Shown piece after piece: positions 40,649 to 50,059 of a DNA stretch of 64,000 nt; position 1 is the first letter of the stretch, and every line of letters starts with the position of its first letter. Made by a program: the position numbers and the translations under genes. Below the pieces are notes generated by a model. It saw nothing but the letters and a program-made list of their open reading frames with translations. It ran no database searches and was not told the DNA's origin. The stretch spans positions 1,280,001-1,344,000 of the forward strand of contig CBDCRP010000002.1 of NCBI GenBank assembly GCA_965221165.1, written 5' to 3'. This DNA comes from a bacterium. GTDB taxonomy: Bacteria > UBA8248.

Positions 40649-42598
40649 TCAAGCGGCCTCCTGATTCGCCTGCCTTTTCCCAAGAATTTGCCACAGAACC
40701 ACCAACGCGAGGAGAACCGCGCCGATGAAATCGAAGAATAGTCGCGGTTCAAATAAGGCGATCGTCGCCGCTGCGAGTAAGAATCTCCGCCACATTTTCA
40801 AGGGACCCGCCAAGTAGCCGATGATGGCTCCACCAAAGCAAACCGCCGAGAGGGCCGCCGTCAAAAGCGTCCTGAAGAAAGCGACGTTCAACCCCGGATT
40901 CAGGAGGTCGCCGAAAACGAAAGCGACGGGAATAAGGTAGATGTACAGCCCGATTCGAAAGGCGAAGAAGCCTGTCCTCCAGGGGTGAGCTCCTGCAATG
41001 GCGGCAGCGGTGAAGGCGCCGCCGCAGACCGGAGGCGTCAGGTTGGAGGTCTGCGAATACCAGATGATCAAAAGGTGGGCCGCCATCGGCGTTGCGCCGA
41101 GTTCAATCAACGCCGGAGCGATCAGCACGGAAAGGAGGAGGTAGTCGGCCGTGACGGAAGAGACTCCCATCCCCAACACGAACGTCACCAAAGCGGTCAG
41201 CAAAACGGCGAAAAGGAGATATCCTCCGGATAGATCGACCACGAGAATCGAGAGTTTGGTTCCGATTCCCGTTCTGAACACAATCCCGATAATGATGCCC
41301 AGGCATCCGGCCAATCCGCCGACGGTGAGCGATCTTCGGGCGCCGACCTCGAGGATTTTGCCCCATTGGGGAATTGTCAGACGCGTGCGCCTGGAGAGGA
41401 GACTCGCCCCGCCCACTCCCAGAATAGCGACGAATACGGCGTAATCCGGACTGTAGCCCGAGCCGAGCATGTAGAAGATGAGAGCCAAAGGAACCGCAAA
41501 GGTCCAATAATTCCGGATTATTTCCCAGGGATTGCCCAACTCCTCGGGCGGCAATCCCTCGATACCCGCCTTCCTGGCATACACGTGGGCCACCACCAGC
41601 AGGGACAGCATGAACAATAGAGACGGCAGTATGGATACCTTGACTATCTCCAGATAGGGGATTCCCGTGAAATCCGCCATGAGGAATATGGCCGCGCCCA
41701 TCAATGGGGGCATGGTCACCCCGATGGTCGAGGCCGTCGCCTCGAAAGCGGCCGCCACGTGCGGCGGGAATCCGGAACGCTTCATCAGTGGGATGGTGAG
41801 CGTTCCGGTACCCACGATGTTCGCCGTGGGACTCCCGGATATCATGCCGAACAGGGCGCTCGCCACGGCGCTGAGCTTCGCCGAACCTCCCCGCGTACGT
41901 CCGATGAATGCGAGCGGGAGATTGAGGAAGAGCTCCTTGCCTCCCGACATCTCCAAAATTGCGCCGAACACGATAAAGAGAAATACGAAACTCGCAAAGA
42001 TCCGCGTGATGACGCCATAGATCGATTGGTTGCTGTACAGCCATGCCGCGGTATCCCAGATGCTGATTCCCTGATGCGTCAAATGACCCGGAAAGTAGGG
42101 GCCGAAAAGGGCGTATCCGATCAAGAGAAGCGAGATCAACGGGAGGGCGGGACCCAGCGTGCGGCGGCAAGCCTCCAGGGCCAATACGATGGCCATGATG
42201 CCGAAAACCACATCGTGCGGGAGCGCCTCGCCGAATCGCTCGATGTAGCGAATGGGAAAGTAGACATTGTAATGGTAGGTGACCGCGATGGTGCTCAATA
42301 CCAAAATTCCATCGCATACGGTAATCCGGTCGCGTGGAGATTTTTCCGACCCGGGGAAAAGGATGAAAACCAGCACGAAGGTGAACCCCAGATATCCGGA
42401 AATGAAGCTCTCGGGTGAGAAATAACCGAACCCGGCATAGTAGATATAGAGAAGAGAAAACGTGACGGAAACCAGCGTTACAACGGTGCGAAGTCCCTTC
42501 GAGCGCAAGTCACGGGGCAGTGGAATGGCGGTGGTCCGGGTGACGAAGCGGTCGAGCCAATTATTTCGGACGTCATCGCGCACGGCAACCGTCTCCAT
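40649..42598 (-). CDS. TRAP fused 4TM/12TM permease
   Basis: SGSPTAN, TIPLMK, MPPLMGAA, LTPPV. Confidence 0.93.
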   Translation of the reverse strand: METVAVRDDVRNNWLDRFVTRTTAIPLPRDLRSKGLRTVVTLVSVTFSLLYIYYAGFGYFSPESFISGYLGFTFVLVFILFPGSEKSPRDRITVCDGILVLSTIAVTYHYNVYFPIRYIERFGEALPHDVVFGIMAIVLALEACRRTLGPALPLISLLLIGYALFGPYFPGHLTHQGISIWDTAAWLYSNQSIYGVITRIFASFVFLFIVFGAILEMSGGKELFLNLPLAFIGRTRGGSAKLSAVASALFGMISGSPTANIVGTGTLTIPLMKRSGFPPHVAAAFEATASTIGVTMPPLMGAAIFLMADFTGIPYLEIVKVSILPSLLFMLSLLVVAHVYARKAGIEGLPPEELGNPWEIIRNYWTFAVPLALIFYMLGSGYSPDYAVFVAILGVGGASLLSRRTRLTIPQWGKILEVGARRSLTVGGLAGCLGIIIGIVFRTGIGTKLSILVVDLSGGYLLFAVLLTALVTFVLGMGVSSVTADYLLLSVLIAPALIELGATPMAAHLLIIWYSQTSNLTPPVCGGAFTAAAIAGAHPWRTGFFAFRIGLYIYLIPVAFVFGDLLNPGLNVAFFRTLLTAALSAVCFGGAIIGYLAGPLKMWRRFLLAAATIALFEPRLFFDFIGAVLLALVVLWQILGKRQANQEAA

Positions 42599-42662
42599 CC
42601 CCTACATTCTGTAGGCATACCTCGTATGGCGTTAAGGGCGTCATATGCCGAGTGGGGGATTC

Positions 42663-43757
42663 TCAGATGACTCTCGAGGGCAGTTCAATCGCCCTTCCGG
42701 TTCGGGCGGATTCGTCGATTGCGAGGGTAATTTCCAAAGTCCGCCGCGCTTGTTTGGCGGTCGGGTGCAGGCAAGGATTCCCCGTCGCAAGGTAATCGAG
42801 CCAGGCGCGCGTCTCGTGGGCGACGGGCCCGAACATATGATCGAGCGCCCAATCACCGGCGGAGTTGGTTCCCAGGAATGCGGTATTGATGTGATGGTCG
42901 GGGACATACACGTGAGGATATCCCTTTTCCGTATAGAGAAGGTTTTCCTTTTTGTCTTCGTCAAAAAGAAGGACCCCCTCCTTTCCGATGACTTCCAGGC
43001 GAGTGCCTTGCCCCAGCGTGGGATACTTCGCGGGCAAGGCGTAACATATACCCAGGCTGAAAACGGCTCCGTCCTCGAACGTGAGAATCGCCCAAGTCGT
43101 ATCGTTCACCTCGGGGTAACCGGCTTCTTCGAAAACAACCCCGTGACCGCGGGCGAAAACCTCCACGGGGCGGATACCCTCCATGAGCCAACAAATCATG
43201 TCCACGGAGTAGACCAGCACGTCGACCACCGGGGTAACCTCGTCCGTTCGTTTCAGAATCTCGAAGGCCTGCGCGCGCGAATTGTACACCCGGGCCGTTC
43301 CGCCCAGGATTCGACCCAACCGGCCCTCCTGGACCTGCTCCTTGCCGAGGAAATAGTGCCGCTGGTAGCGCTTGCTGTAGTTCACGTGCAATTCCACGCC
43401 ACTTCGCGCGGAAGCATCGATAAGACGGTCCGCATCATCGAGGCTCAAGGCCAGGGGTGTCTCGACCACGACGGATTTTCCGCGCTCGATGGTCTGCAAA
43501 ATCGGATCGACATGCTTGGGTTCGGGGGTGGAAACAATGACGGCGGTGACGGCGGGGTGATTTATCGCCTCTTCATTGCTCCCCGTGGTGAAATGCGCCC
43601 CCACTTGTTCGCCCAGCGCCTTGGCCCGGGCGGGGTCCAGATCCGAAATGGCCAGGAACCGGACCGCGGGGTGGTTGGCCGCCATTCGGGCGCGATGGGT
43701 CCCCATACGACCCGCGCCGATGACGGCGACTCCGAGTGTCTTTCGCTCATAACTCAT
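42663..43757 (-). CDS. Gfo/Idh/MocA family oxidoreductase
   Basis: IGAGRMG Rossmann motif, STP..H; ETP in place of EKP. Confidence 0.88.
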   Translation of the reverse strand: MSYERKTLGVAVIGAGRMGTHRARMAANHPAVRFLAISDLDPARAKALGEQVGAHFTTGSNEEAINHPAVTAVIVSTPEPKHVDPILQTIERGKSVVVETPLALSLDDADRLIDASARSGVELHVNYSKRYQRHYFLGKEQVQEGRLGRILGGTARVYNSRAQAFEILKRTDEVTPVVDVLVYSVDMICWLMEGIRPVEVFARGHGVVFEEAGYPEVNDTTWAILTFEDGAVFSLGICYALPAKYPTLGQGTRLEVIGKEGVLLFDEDKKENLLYTEKGYPHVYVPDHHINTAFLGTNSAGDWALDHMFGPVAHETRAWLDYLATGNPCLHPTAKQARRTLEITLAIDESARTGRAIELPSRVI

Positions 43758-44107
43758 CGCACACGGCTCCGCCCTCTTCGATCTCGCTGGAGATCGGGAA
43801 ACCCTCAATCAAGGATATCTCCCCGATTCTTCAACCCTCTAAAAAACGACGGGAATCACCCGTTCTCGCCATCAGTTCAACGAGAAGTTTTCACTCCTGG
43901 TATTCGGTTTTCCCACCGGCGAATACCCGCCGTTTCCCTATCTTACCCAAGGCCTTCCCGGCCTTTGCGCAGCAAACACATCTTACGCATGGCCTTCGCT
44001 GGTTTCCCCACGCAGGAGGTGGAATTCGGCCCCCTCGCAAATGAACAGAAAAGGCTACCCCAACTCCACGGCTCCGGGAATATAAAAAGGAATATCACCG
44101 GCCCGGT

Positions 44108-45142
44108 TTACATAGAACCCTCGGCAGGCGCCATATTCTTGATCCCTTTTTCCTTCCAGTACCGGGCGGCTCCCGGATGAACCGGAATCACCAGCCCTTC
44201 GGTCGGATTGGCGCTCTTGAGGCCGGCCAGGCCGCGGTTGTTCTTGGTCAGGTAATCGACGCAGGACTTGCCCCAGATCGTCTTCGTCATTTCGTAAATC
44301 AAGTCCGGGGAGGTGTTTTTGTTCGCCACCAAAAGACCGCTCAAGCCCATGGTGGACACGTCATAGTCCACTCCCTTGTAAGTCCCTTTTGGAATAATCG
44401 TGGGTTCGAAGCCGGGAAACTCCTTCAGGAAACCGCTGAAATCCACCCCCTGATCGACGCTGATCAGCCGGACGGGCCGGGTCAGGGCCGCCTCCGTAAC
44501 CGAGGGATTCGGAAGACCTCCCTGAAGGGCGTAGCCGTCGATCTTGCCGTCCTTCAGGTAGCTGACCTGCTCGCCGTGGGAGAGGTTGCTGACCTTGATC
44601 TTCTTGTACAAGCCAATGTGTTTGAGAAAAGAACCGACGGATGCGTAGCAGGTGGTGCCGATGGGGCACGGCGAAAACTTTTTCCCGCTCAAATCGGCCA
44701 GTTTCTTGATGCCGGAGCTTTTCAAGACAACGAAGTGAAAAATCGAAGAGGAAATTCCGAAACCGACCGCGCGCAATTCCCTGTGCTTCTTTCCCTTCCA
44801 GCTTCCCTTCCCGTCCCAGGCCGGAAAGGCCACGGTCTGGAAGGTGAACCCCACGTCGGCCTTGCCTTCCTGGAGCTTCCTGAAGGCTTCCATCCCGCCC
44901 GAGGTCGGGACGACAGTGACATTGATGTCACTATTTTTCCGCATACATTCGCTCATCGCGGTCAGGTAGCGGTACCAGGAACCCTTCGCACCGCCCGACA
45001 TGAAGGTAAGTTGCTTGTCCGCAGCGAATACGGGGGACGAGAGAACCGCGACAACGACAAAAATCGCCAACCCCAGGAGCCCACCAATTCTCACGGTTCG
45101 GTTTTCAACGAGACGCTTCCTGTTACTTCGATGACGCCACAT
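44108..45142 (-). CDS. TAXI family TRAP solute-binding subunit
   Basis: GGAKGSWY, TSGG, IPKGTY, VHPGAARYWKE; GGGAGG RBS before ATG 45142. Confidence 0.9.
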   Translation of the reverse strand: MWRHRSNRKRLVENRTVRIGGLLGLAIFVVVAVLSSPVFAADKQLTFMSGGAKGSWYRYLTAMSECMRKNSDINVTVVPTSGGMEAFRKLQEGKADVGFTFQTVAFPAWDGKGSWKGKKHRELRAVGFGISSSIFHFVVLKSSGIKKLADLSGKKFSPCPIGTTCYASVGSFLKHIGLYKKIKVSNLSHGEQVSYLKDGKIDGYALQGGLPNPSVTEAALTRPVRLISVDQGVDFSGFLKEFPGFEPTIIPKGTYKGVDYDVSTMGLSGLLVANKNTSPDLIYEMTKTIWGKSCVDYLTKNNRGLAGLKSANPTEGLVIPVHPGAARYWKEKGIKNMAPAEGSM

Positions 45143-45931
45143 AGCCCAACCTCCCCTATCTCTCGGTTGCAGAAAAGGAAAACGCATCAGCGCCTTCCAC
45201 GTCTTTTTTCAACTTCCTGGTCGCGCATTCCAATACGCCGGAGTAGCGACGGCGCATTGGGAAATCAAAAACTCTTCCTTGGAAAGATATTCGATGGCGG
45301 TTTCCCGCTCGTGTATTTTGTAGTTGGATTTGCAATCGTTACCGGCTCGAACGGCCGACGAAAACCACGCAAAGTTCACGTCCATCGAGAACCCCCTTTC
45401 GTGGTTAACAAATCGCAGGTGGATCAATGATGGCGAGGTGACATGAATAATTATATTAGAGTAGGAGCAATGTAACACAGAGAATAGGGCAGGGCAATTT
45501 GAAGATTAATGAGTTGATGTCGGTTACCCATATTAGTTTTTCAACTTTCGTATGACAAATGAATAATTCAGACCCATAGTTAGACTTGGCTTCAGCTTAC
45601 GCCGAATTGCAATTCCTGTTATCCGCCCCCTGCGTGTCCGCCCACGCATATATGCGTCCCGCGCCCCGTCGGGCGATATCTCGCCGAAACGGCCGACTGC
45701 AACACGCTTGTCGGGCGCCTTTCCGCCGCCGCATCCTACACGGCGGTCGAGGATGAAGGACTTGGGCTCCGGCGGGATGCGCCCTGAGGTCGAATCCGGT
45801 GAAAACCCGCTCCGAGAGTCGCCTTCAGAGGGTTTTGGTGTAATAATCTCGCGATTATAATTGGCGCGTGGCTCATCGCTGCGCCGGCCTCACATGTATA
45901 GGCCGCCGGGCTACAACAACGGAGACATATC

Positions 45932-46543
45932 ATGAAATGGACAATGCTGACGGTTGTCGCGGTGCTTTCACTCTGCGCTCACACCGCAAGCGCACAGCAA
46001 CTCGAAAAGACGATCTTCGCAGGCGGCTGCTTCTGGTGCGTCGAGTCGGATTTCGACAAGGTGCCGGGCGTAGTCTCGACGATCTCCGGCTATACCGGCG
46101 GCAAGACAAAAAACCCGACCTACGATCAAGTCACCTACGGCGACACGGGGCACTACGAGGCGGTCGAGATCACCTACGATCCGGCGAAGGTCGGCTACGA
46201 GGCGCTGCTCACCGCATTCTGGCACTCGGTCGACCCGACCGATGGCGGCGGCCAGTTCTGCGACCGCGGCCATTCCTACAAGACCGCCGTCTTCGTCGCG
46301 AACAAGAAGCAGCGCGCCGCGGCCGAGGCCTCCAAAAACGCTGCGCAAAAGAATGTCGGCAAGCCGATCGTCACCCCGATCCTCGCCGCCGCGCGGTTCT
46401 ACGCCGCAGAAGATTATCACCAGGACTATTATAAAAAGAGCCCGTACCGCTACCGCTACTACCGCTGGGGTTGCGGCCGCGACAAAAAGGTCAAGCAAGT
46501 CTGGGGCGAGCATGCCTACAAGGGCATCCCCGGCCACGACTGA
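45932..46543 (+). CDS. msrA: Peptide-methionine (S)-S-oxide reductase, exported
   Basis: GGCFWC, GYTGG, GHYE, AEDYHQDYY; N-terminal signal peptide. Confidence 0.95.
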   Translation: MKWTMLTVVAVLSLCAHTASAQQLEKTIFAGGCFWCVESDFDKVPGVVSTISGYTGGKTKNPTYDQVTYGDTGHYEAVEITYDPAKVGYEALLTAFWHSVDPTDGGGQFCDRGHSYKTAVFVANKKQRAAAEASKNAAQKNVGKPIVTPILAAARFYAAEDYHQDYYKKSPYRYRYYRWGCGRDKKVKQVWGEHAYKGIPGHD

Positions 46544-46716
46544 AGCCGCGCTGCGCAAAATCCGTTCGGCGCTGCATGAGGGCTGATTTTAATGCGTCAT
46601 ATCGTTGTAAATACAACTATATTTCAATTCACCCGTTTCGCCATGAAATGAGACGCAAATGCCTCCTATCGACATGCGCATCGCTACCCATCTTCCCTCG
46701 GCCACACCACGATATA

Positions 46717-46908
46717 CTAACGATTCGGTAACAACACACAATGATCCGTCAGTCGCGTCTCGGTCTGTTTCATTGCCCCTTCCAGCACCCGAATGAAAGC
46801 CTCGTAGTCCCCCTCTTTCTCAAAGATCCTCAACCGCGCGTTCGCACGGTTGAGGACGCGGGAAACCAGGCCGCCATGGTCTGCTCGTTTCGGTCGTCCC
46901 ATCCGCAT
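46717..46908 (-). mobile_element. N-terminal remnant of a Y1 (IS200/RAYT-like) transposase
   Basis: GRPKRAD...VLNRANARLRIFEKEGDYEAF...CVLLPN; truncated just before the HuH motif. Confidence 0.75.
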
Positions 46909-46947
46909 AACCTAGCGAATCTCGCCACCCCTTCAACAAACGGTTCC

Positions 46948-48417
46948 TCACGCCGCATCTTCCCCGTTCCACGCGCTCTCGTACTTCGCCCGGTGCTCGT
47001 CGGGCAGTGGAGAGGCGAAGTAGGAGATCGCGATGAAGAGCACCGCGTTCACCAGCAGCCCGAAGAAGCCCGGCGCCGGCGCGCTGCCCACGCTGATGGG
47101 CGGCGGCCCCGAGGCGAAGAAGGTGTAGTAGGTGCCGAGCGCCACCCCGACGACCCAACCCACCTCGGCCCCCAGCTTCGAGGCCCGCTTCCAGTAGAGG
47201 CCTCCGATCAGCAGGGGCAGGAACTGCATGTGGAACATCACCACCAGCTTGACCAGGGCCCAGATGTAGGGCGGCCGGGCGAGGGCGATCCACACGGCCA
47301 GAAACCCGAAGACCAACATGGCCCACTTCCCGATCAGGACGGATTGCGCCTGGGAGACGTCCTTGTTGATGAAGCCCCGGACGATGTCCTTCGATATGAT
47401 GGCGTTCGCGCCCACAAGGCCGGAGTCCAGGGTGGACATGCCGCACGCCCAGACGACCACCACCAGCCAGGCCATAAGCCAGGGGGCCTGCTTCTGGATG
47501 GTCACGAGGATGGCTTGGTCCATGTTCAAGTCAGGGCCGGCGAAGACGCGGCTGATCAGCCCCAGGAAGAGGAAAATCACGACCATCACGAGCAGCATCA
47601 CCGCCGTCAGAATCACGTTTCGGCGATATTCGTCCAGGCTGCGGATGGTGTACATGCGCGTCATGCGGTCTCCCATCGTAAGGGGATGGGAGGCCATAAA
47701 CACGAACCAGCCGAGGAAAAGCCCGAAGGATATGGCGTCGGGCGAAAACAGGGTATGCGACTCAGGCAGCGAATCGATCAACTTGGTGTAGCCGCCCACG
47801 GCGTAAAAGAGATACGAAAGGGCCACCACACCGAAAGCCAGGGAGAGCACGCCCTGTAAGACGTCGGTATAGATGACCCCTCGCATCCCTCCGTAGATGG
47901 TGTAGCCCACTCCGATGACGAGCAGGAGGAGCACCCCCCAGACGTAAGGAATGCCTGCGAACCGCTCAAGGACGGTGCCCATGGCGACGGCGTTCGAGGC
48001 GAAATAGGGAACCAGGAAGATGACGGTCCCGACGGCCCCGCAGATCCGGAGAAGCTCACTCTGGTAGAAATCCCCGTAGAAATCCTGTGCGGTGACGTAG
48101 TTGAACTTCTTACCCACCGGCCAGAGGCGCTTGCCGATGTACCAGAGCGGGAACGCCATGAACGCGTAAGCGAACCCGTAGCCCAGGAAGCCCACGCCCT
48201 TCAGGTAGAACCAGCCCACCGTGCCCAGGTAGATCCCGCCCGACATGAGCGTGGCCACTATGCTGAACGAGTTGGGAATGTAGCCGACGTTACGGCCCGC
48301 CACGTAATAATCTTCCTCGGTCGCCTTTTCAGAGTGATAACGGTAAACGACCAAGATGGTGACGATCAGGTAGACGACGACACACCCGAAGATGAAGTAC
48401 GGCGAGGACCAAATCAT
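46948..48417 (-). CDS. Sodium:solute symporter family protein
   Basis: DYYVAGR, YGGMRGVIYTDVLQG, MSTLDS; about 13 TM segments. Confidence 0.93.
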   Translation of the reverse strand: MIWSSPYFIFGCVVVYLIVTILVVYRYHSEKATEEDYYVAGRNVGYIPNSFSIVATLMSGGIYLGTVGWFYLKGVGFLGYGFAYAFMAFPLWYIGKRLWPVGKKFNYVTAQDFYGDFYQSELLRICGAVGTVIFLVPYFASNAVAMGTVLERFAGIPYVWGVLLLLVIGVGYTIYGGMRGVIYTDVLQGVLSLAFGVVALSYLFYAVGGYTKLIDSLPESHTLFSPDAISFGLFLGWFVFMASHPLTMGDRMTRMYTIRSLDEYRRNVILTAVMLLVMVVIFLFLGLISRVFAGPDLNMDQAILVTIQKQAPWLMAWLVVVVWACGMSTLDSGLVGANAIISKDIVRGFINKDVSQAQSVLIGKWAMLVFGFLAVWIALARPPYIWALVKLVVMFHMQFLPLLIGGLYWKRASKLGAEVGWVVGVALGTYYTFFASGPPPISVGSAPAPGFFGLLVNAVLFIAISYFASPLPDEHRAKYESAWNGEDAA

Positions 48418-48602
48418 GACGCGTCCTCCTCTTCGTACACCACACGAATCAGCAGCCAGAGCCCGTAGAGGGCGACCAGCGGGTACCACAAGATCGTGAA
48501 GTACTTGTTGTTGATGAAGGGATTGACCGTTGTCGTCAGGACAAGAATGAGGAAAACGATGAACATCCATCCATTTGTCGTGGGCTTGCCATCCTTGAGC
48601 AT
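48414..48602 (-). CDS. Small 2-TM membrane protein, probable SSS partner
   Basis: GGAGG RBS; overlaps the SSS start (ATGA); two hydrophobic segments and acidic tail. Confidence 0.75.
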   Translation of the reverse strand: MLKDGKPTTNGWMFIVFLILVLTTTVNPFINNKYFTILWYPLVALYGLWLLIRVVYEEEDAS

Positions 48603-48656
48603 AGCGTTTCCTCCCTCCTGGAGTGCGCCGGGTGTGCGGCGCCCGATGTATCTCCT

Positions 48657-48686
48657 CGGAGGGGGAAAGCCACTTCCCCCCTCCGA
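48657..48686. promoter_or_regulatory. 12-bp hairpin in the leader of the SSS operon
   Basis: TCGGAGGGGGAA-agccac-TTCCCCCTCCGA. Confidence 0.45.
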
Positions 48687-48867
48687 ACTCTTCGGGCGGA
48701 GAGGCAGAAGCCTCTACTTTCAGCGAAATGTCTACAAGAAACTTTGATATGAAAATAATAAAAAGTCAAGAGGAAAATAAATCGCCTGGATGCGAGTTTC
48801 TGGTTCCGGGCCAGTGTGGAGAAACAAAACAAATTGCAAACGCCCCGATCCTCGCCGCCGCGCCTTT

Positions 48868-49554
48868 CTACGAAACCTGGTTGCGCTCCATCATGTCCAG
48901 CACGTCATCCGTTTTCGTCACCCAGCCGAATTTTGATTCGAAATTGTACAGGGTGGCCTGGCGAGTGAAGTCCGGGCCGGTGTGATCCATCGCATCCTCG
49001 ATGAGAATGGGCCAGAATTCGCGGAAATAGGCCTCGCGCGCCGTGCTCTCCACGCAGACGTTCGTGGCCACGCCGGTGAAGAGAATGTGCCGGATGTCGA
49101 GGCCGTTGAGTTGGTTTTCCAGCGTCGTTCCCGCGAAGCCGCTGTAGCGGGCTTTCCTTACCACCAGGTCGTCCGGCTCGGGCTTGAGCTCGTCGATAAT
49201 CTCCCACCCCCACGTTCCCTCGATGATGAGCTTTTCGCGGTCCGCCGGGCGTTCCTTGATCATCCTGATGGCCATCTGCTTGCGAATGTTGGGCGACAGC
49301 GGCCCGCCTGCGTCGCTGAGGTCGGGCTTGTACCCGAACTGGAGATAGAATACCTGCACGCCGGCCGCGCGCGCCGCAGAGAGCAGGCGCTGGTTGGCCG
49401 CGATGACGGGGTTCGTGCGGGATTCGTCAATGCCTGCTCCCAGGTCGAGCATTCCGCCCTTCTTTGCGTATGCGTTCTGCATGTCGACCACGATGAAAGC
49501 GGTTCGAGCCAAGTCGATTTCCACGTCCTGGGGCCGTGCCTTGAGGATTGCCAT
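48868..49554 (-). CDS. Isochorismatase-family cysteine hydrolase, RutB-like
   Basis: VVDMQNAY (D), RKARYSGF (K), ATNVCVEST (C) triad. Confidence 0.9.
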   Translation of the reverse strand: MAILKARPQDVEIDLARTAFIVVDMQNAYAKKGGMLDLGAGIDESRTNPVIAANQRLLSAARAAGVQVFYLQFGYKPDLSDAGGPLSPNIRKQMAIRMIKERPADREKLIIEGTWGWEIIDELKPEPDDLVVRKARYSGFAGTTLENQLNGLDIRHILFTGVATNVCVESTAREAYFREFWPILIEDAMDHTGPDFTRQATLYNFESKFGWVTKTDDVLDMMERNQVS

Positions 49555-49719
49555 GCGTTCTCTCCATGAATATCAGGACAAAAATTCGTCTCCACGCACA
49601 TTTTCGCCGAACAACTCCTCCACCTCCGGCCGGCGCGGGGCAAGCACCTGCCGTTCGGCATGGCGTACGAGTTTCTTTGAGCCGGAAACAGCTTTTCACC
49701 CGGCGGCATGGTAGCCATA

Positions 49720-49910
49720 CCAGGGCAATCCGGGAACGGTTTCAGCCTGTTGGAATGGGCTACGCCCATATGACGGAGCTTGCCCGCCGCCACCTGCGCC
49801 TGCGCCTCGGAGGGGTTCAATATGGCGATGTCCACATGGCCGCCCAAAAGACCGGCCACCATCCTGGGCGGACTATCGTGAGGAATGTATTTCACTTGAA
49901 TTCCGCCGGC
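49720..49910 (-). pseudogene. Internal fragment of a Bug/TctC binding-protein gene
   Basis: KYIPH...LLGGHVDIA..NPSEA..QV.AGKLR..GV....RL..FPD.P. Confidence 0.75.
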
Positions 49911-50059
49911 GGCCCGTTTTCTCTGAACATATCCTTGCGCTTTTGCGCCTACTACTCCTCCTCATTCACATGTTAGACGGCACTTCTCCGTAAGGTTTGA
50001 GCGACATGCATCGTGCCGAGTATAACATGGACACTTTTGTGCCTTTTGGTCCTCAAAAT

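Noticed and set aside
45209-45385. 58-aa minus-strand ORF with an RBS-like AGGGGG
   Set aside because: No recognisable features; coding status cannot be supported
45740-45840. tRNA-like segment (GGTCGAATCC)
   Set aside because: No cloverleaf can be folded around it
48620-48730. Lysine or glycine riboswitch
   Set aside because: AGAGGC start is present, but the other conserved blocks are missing
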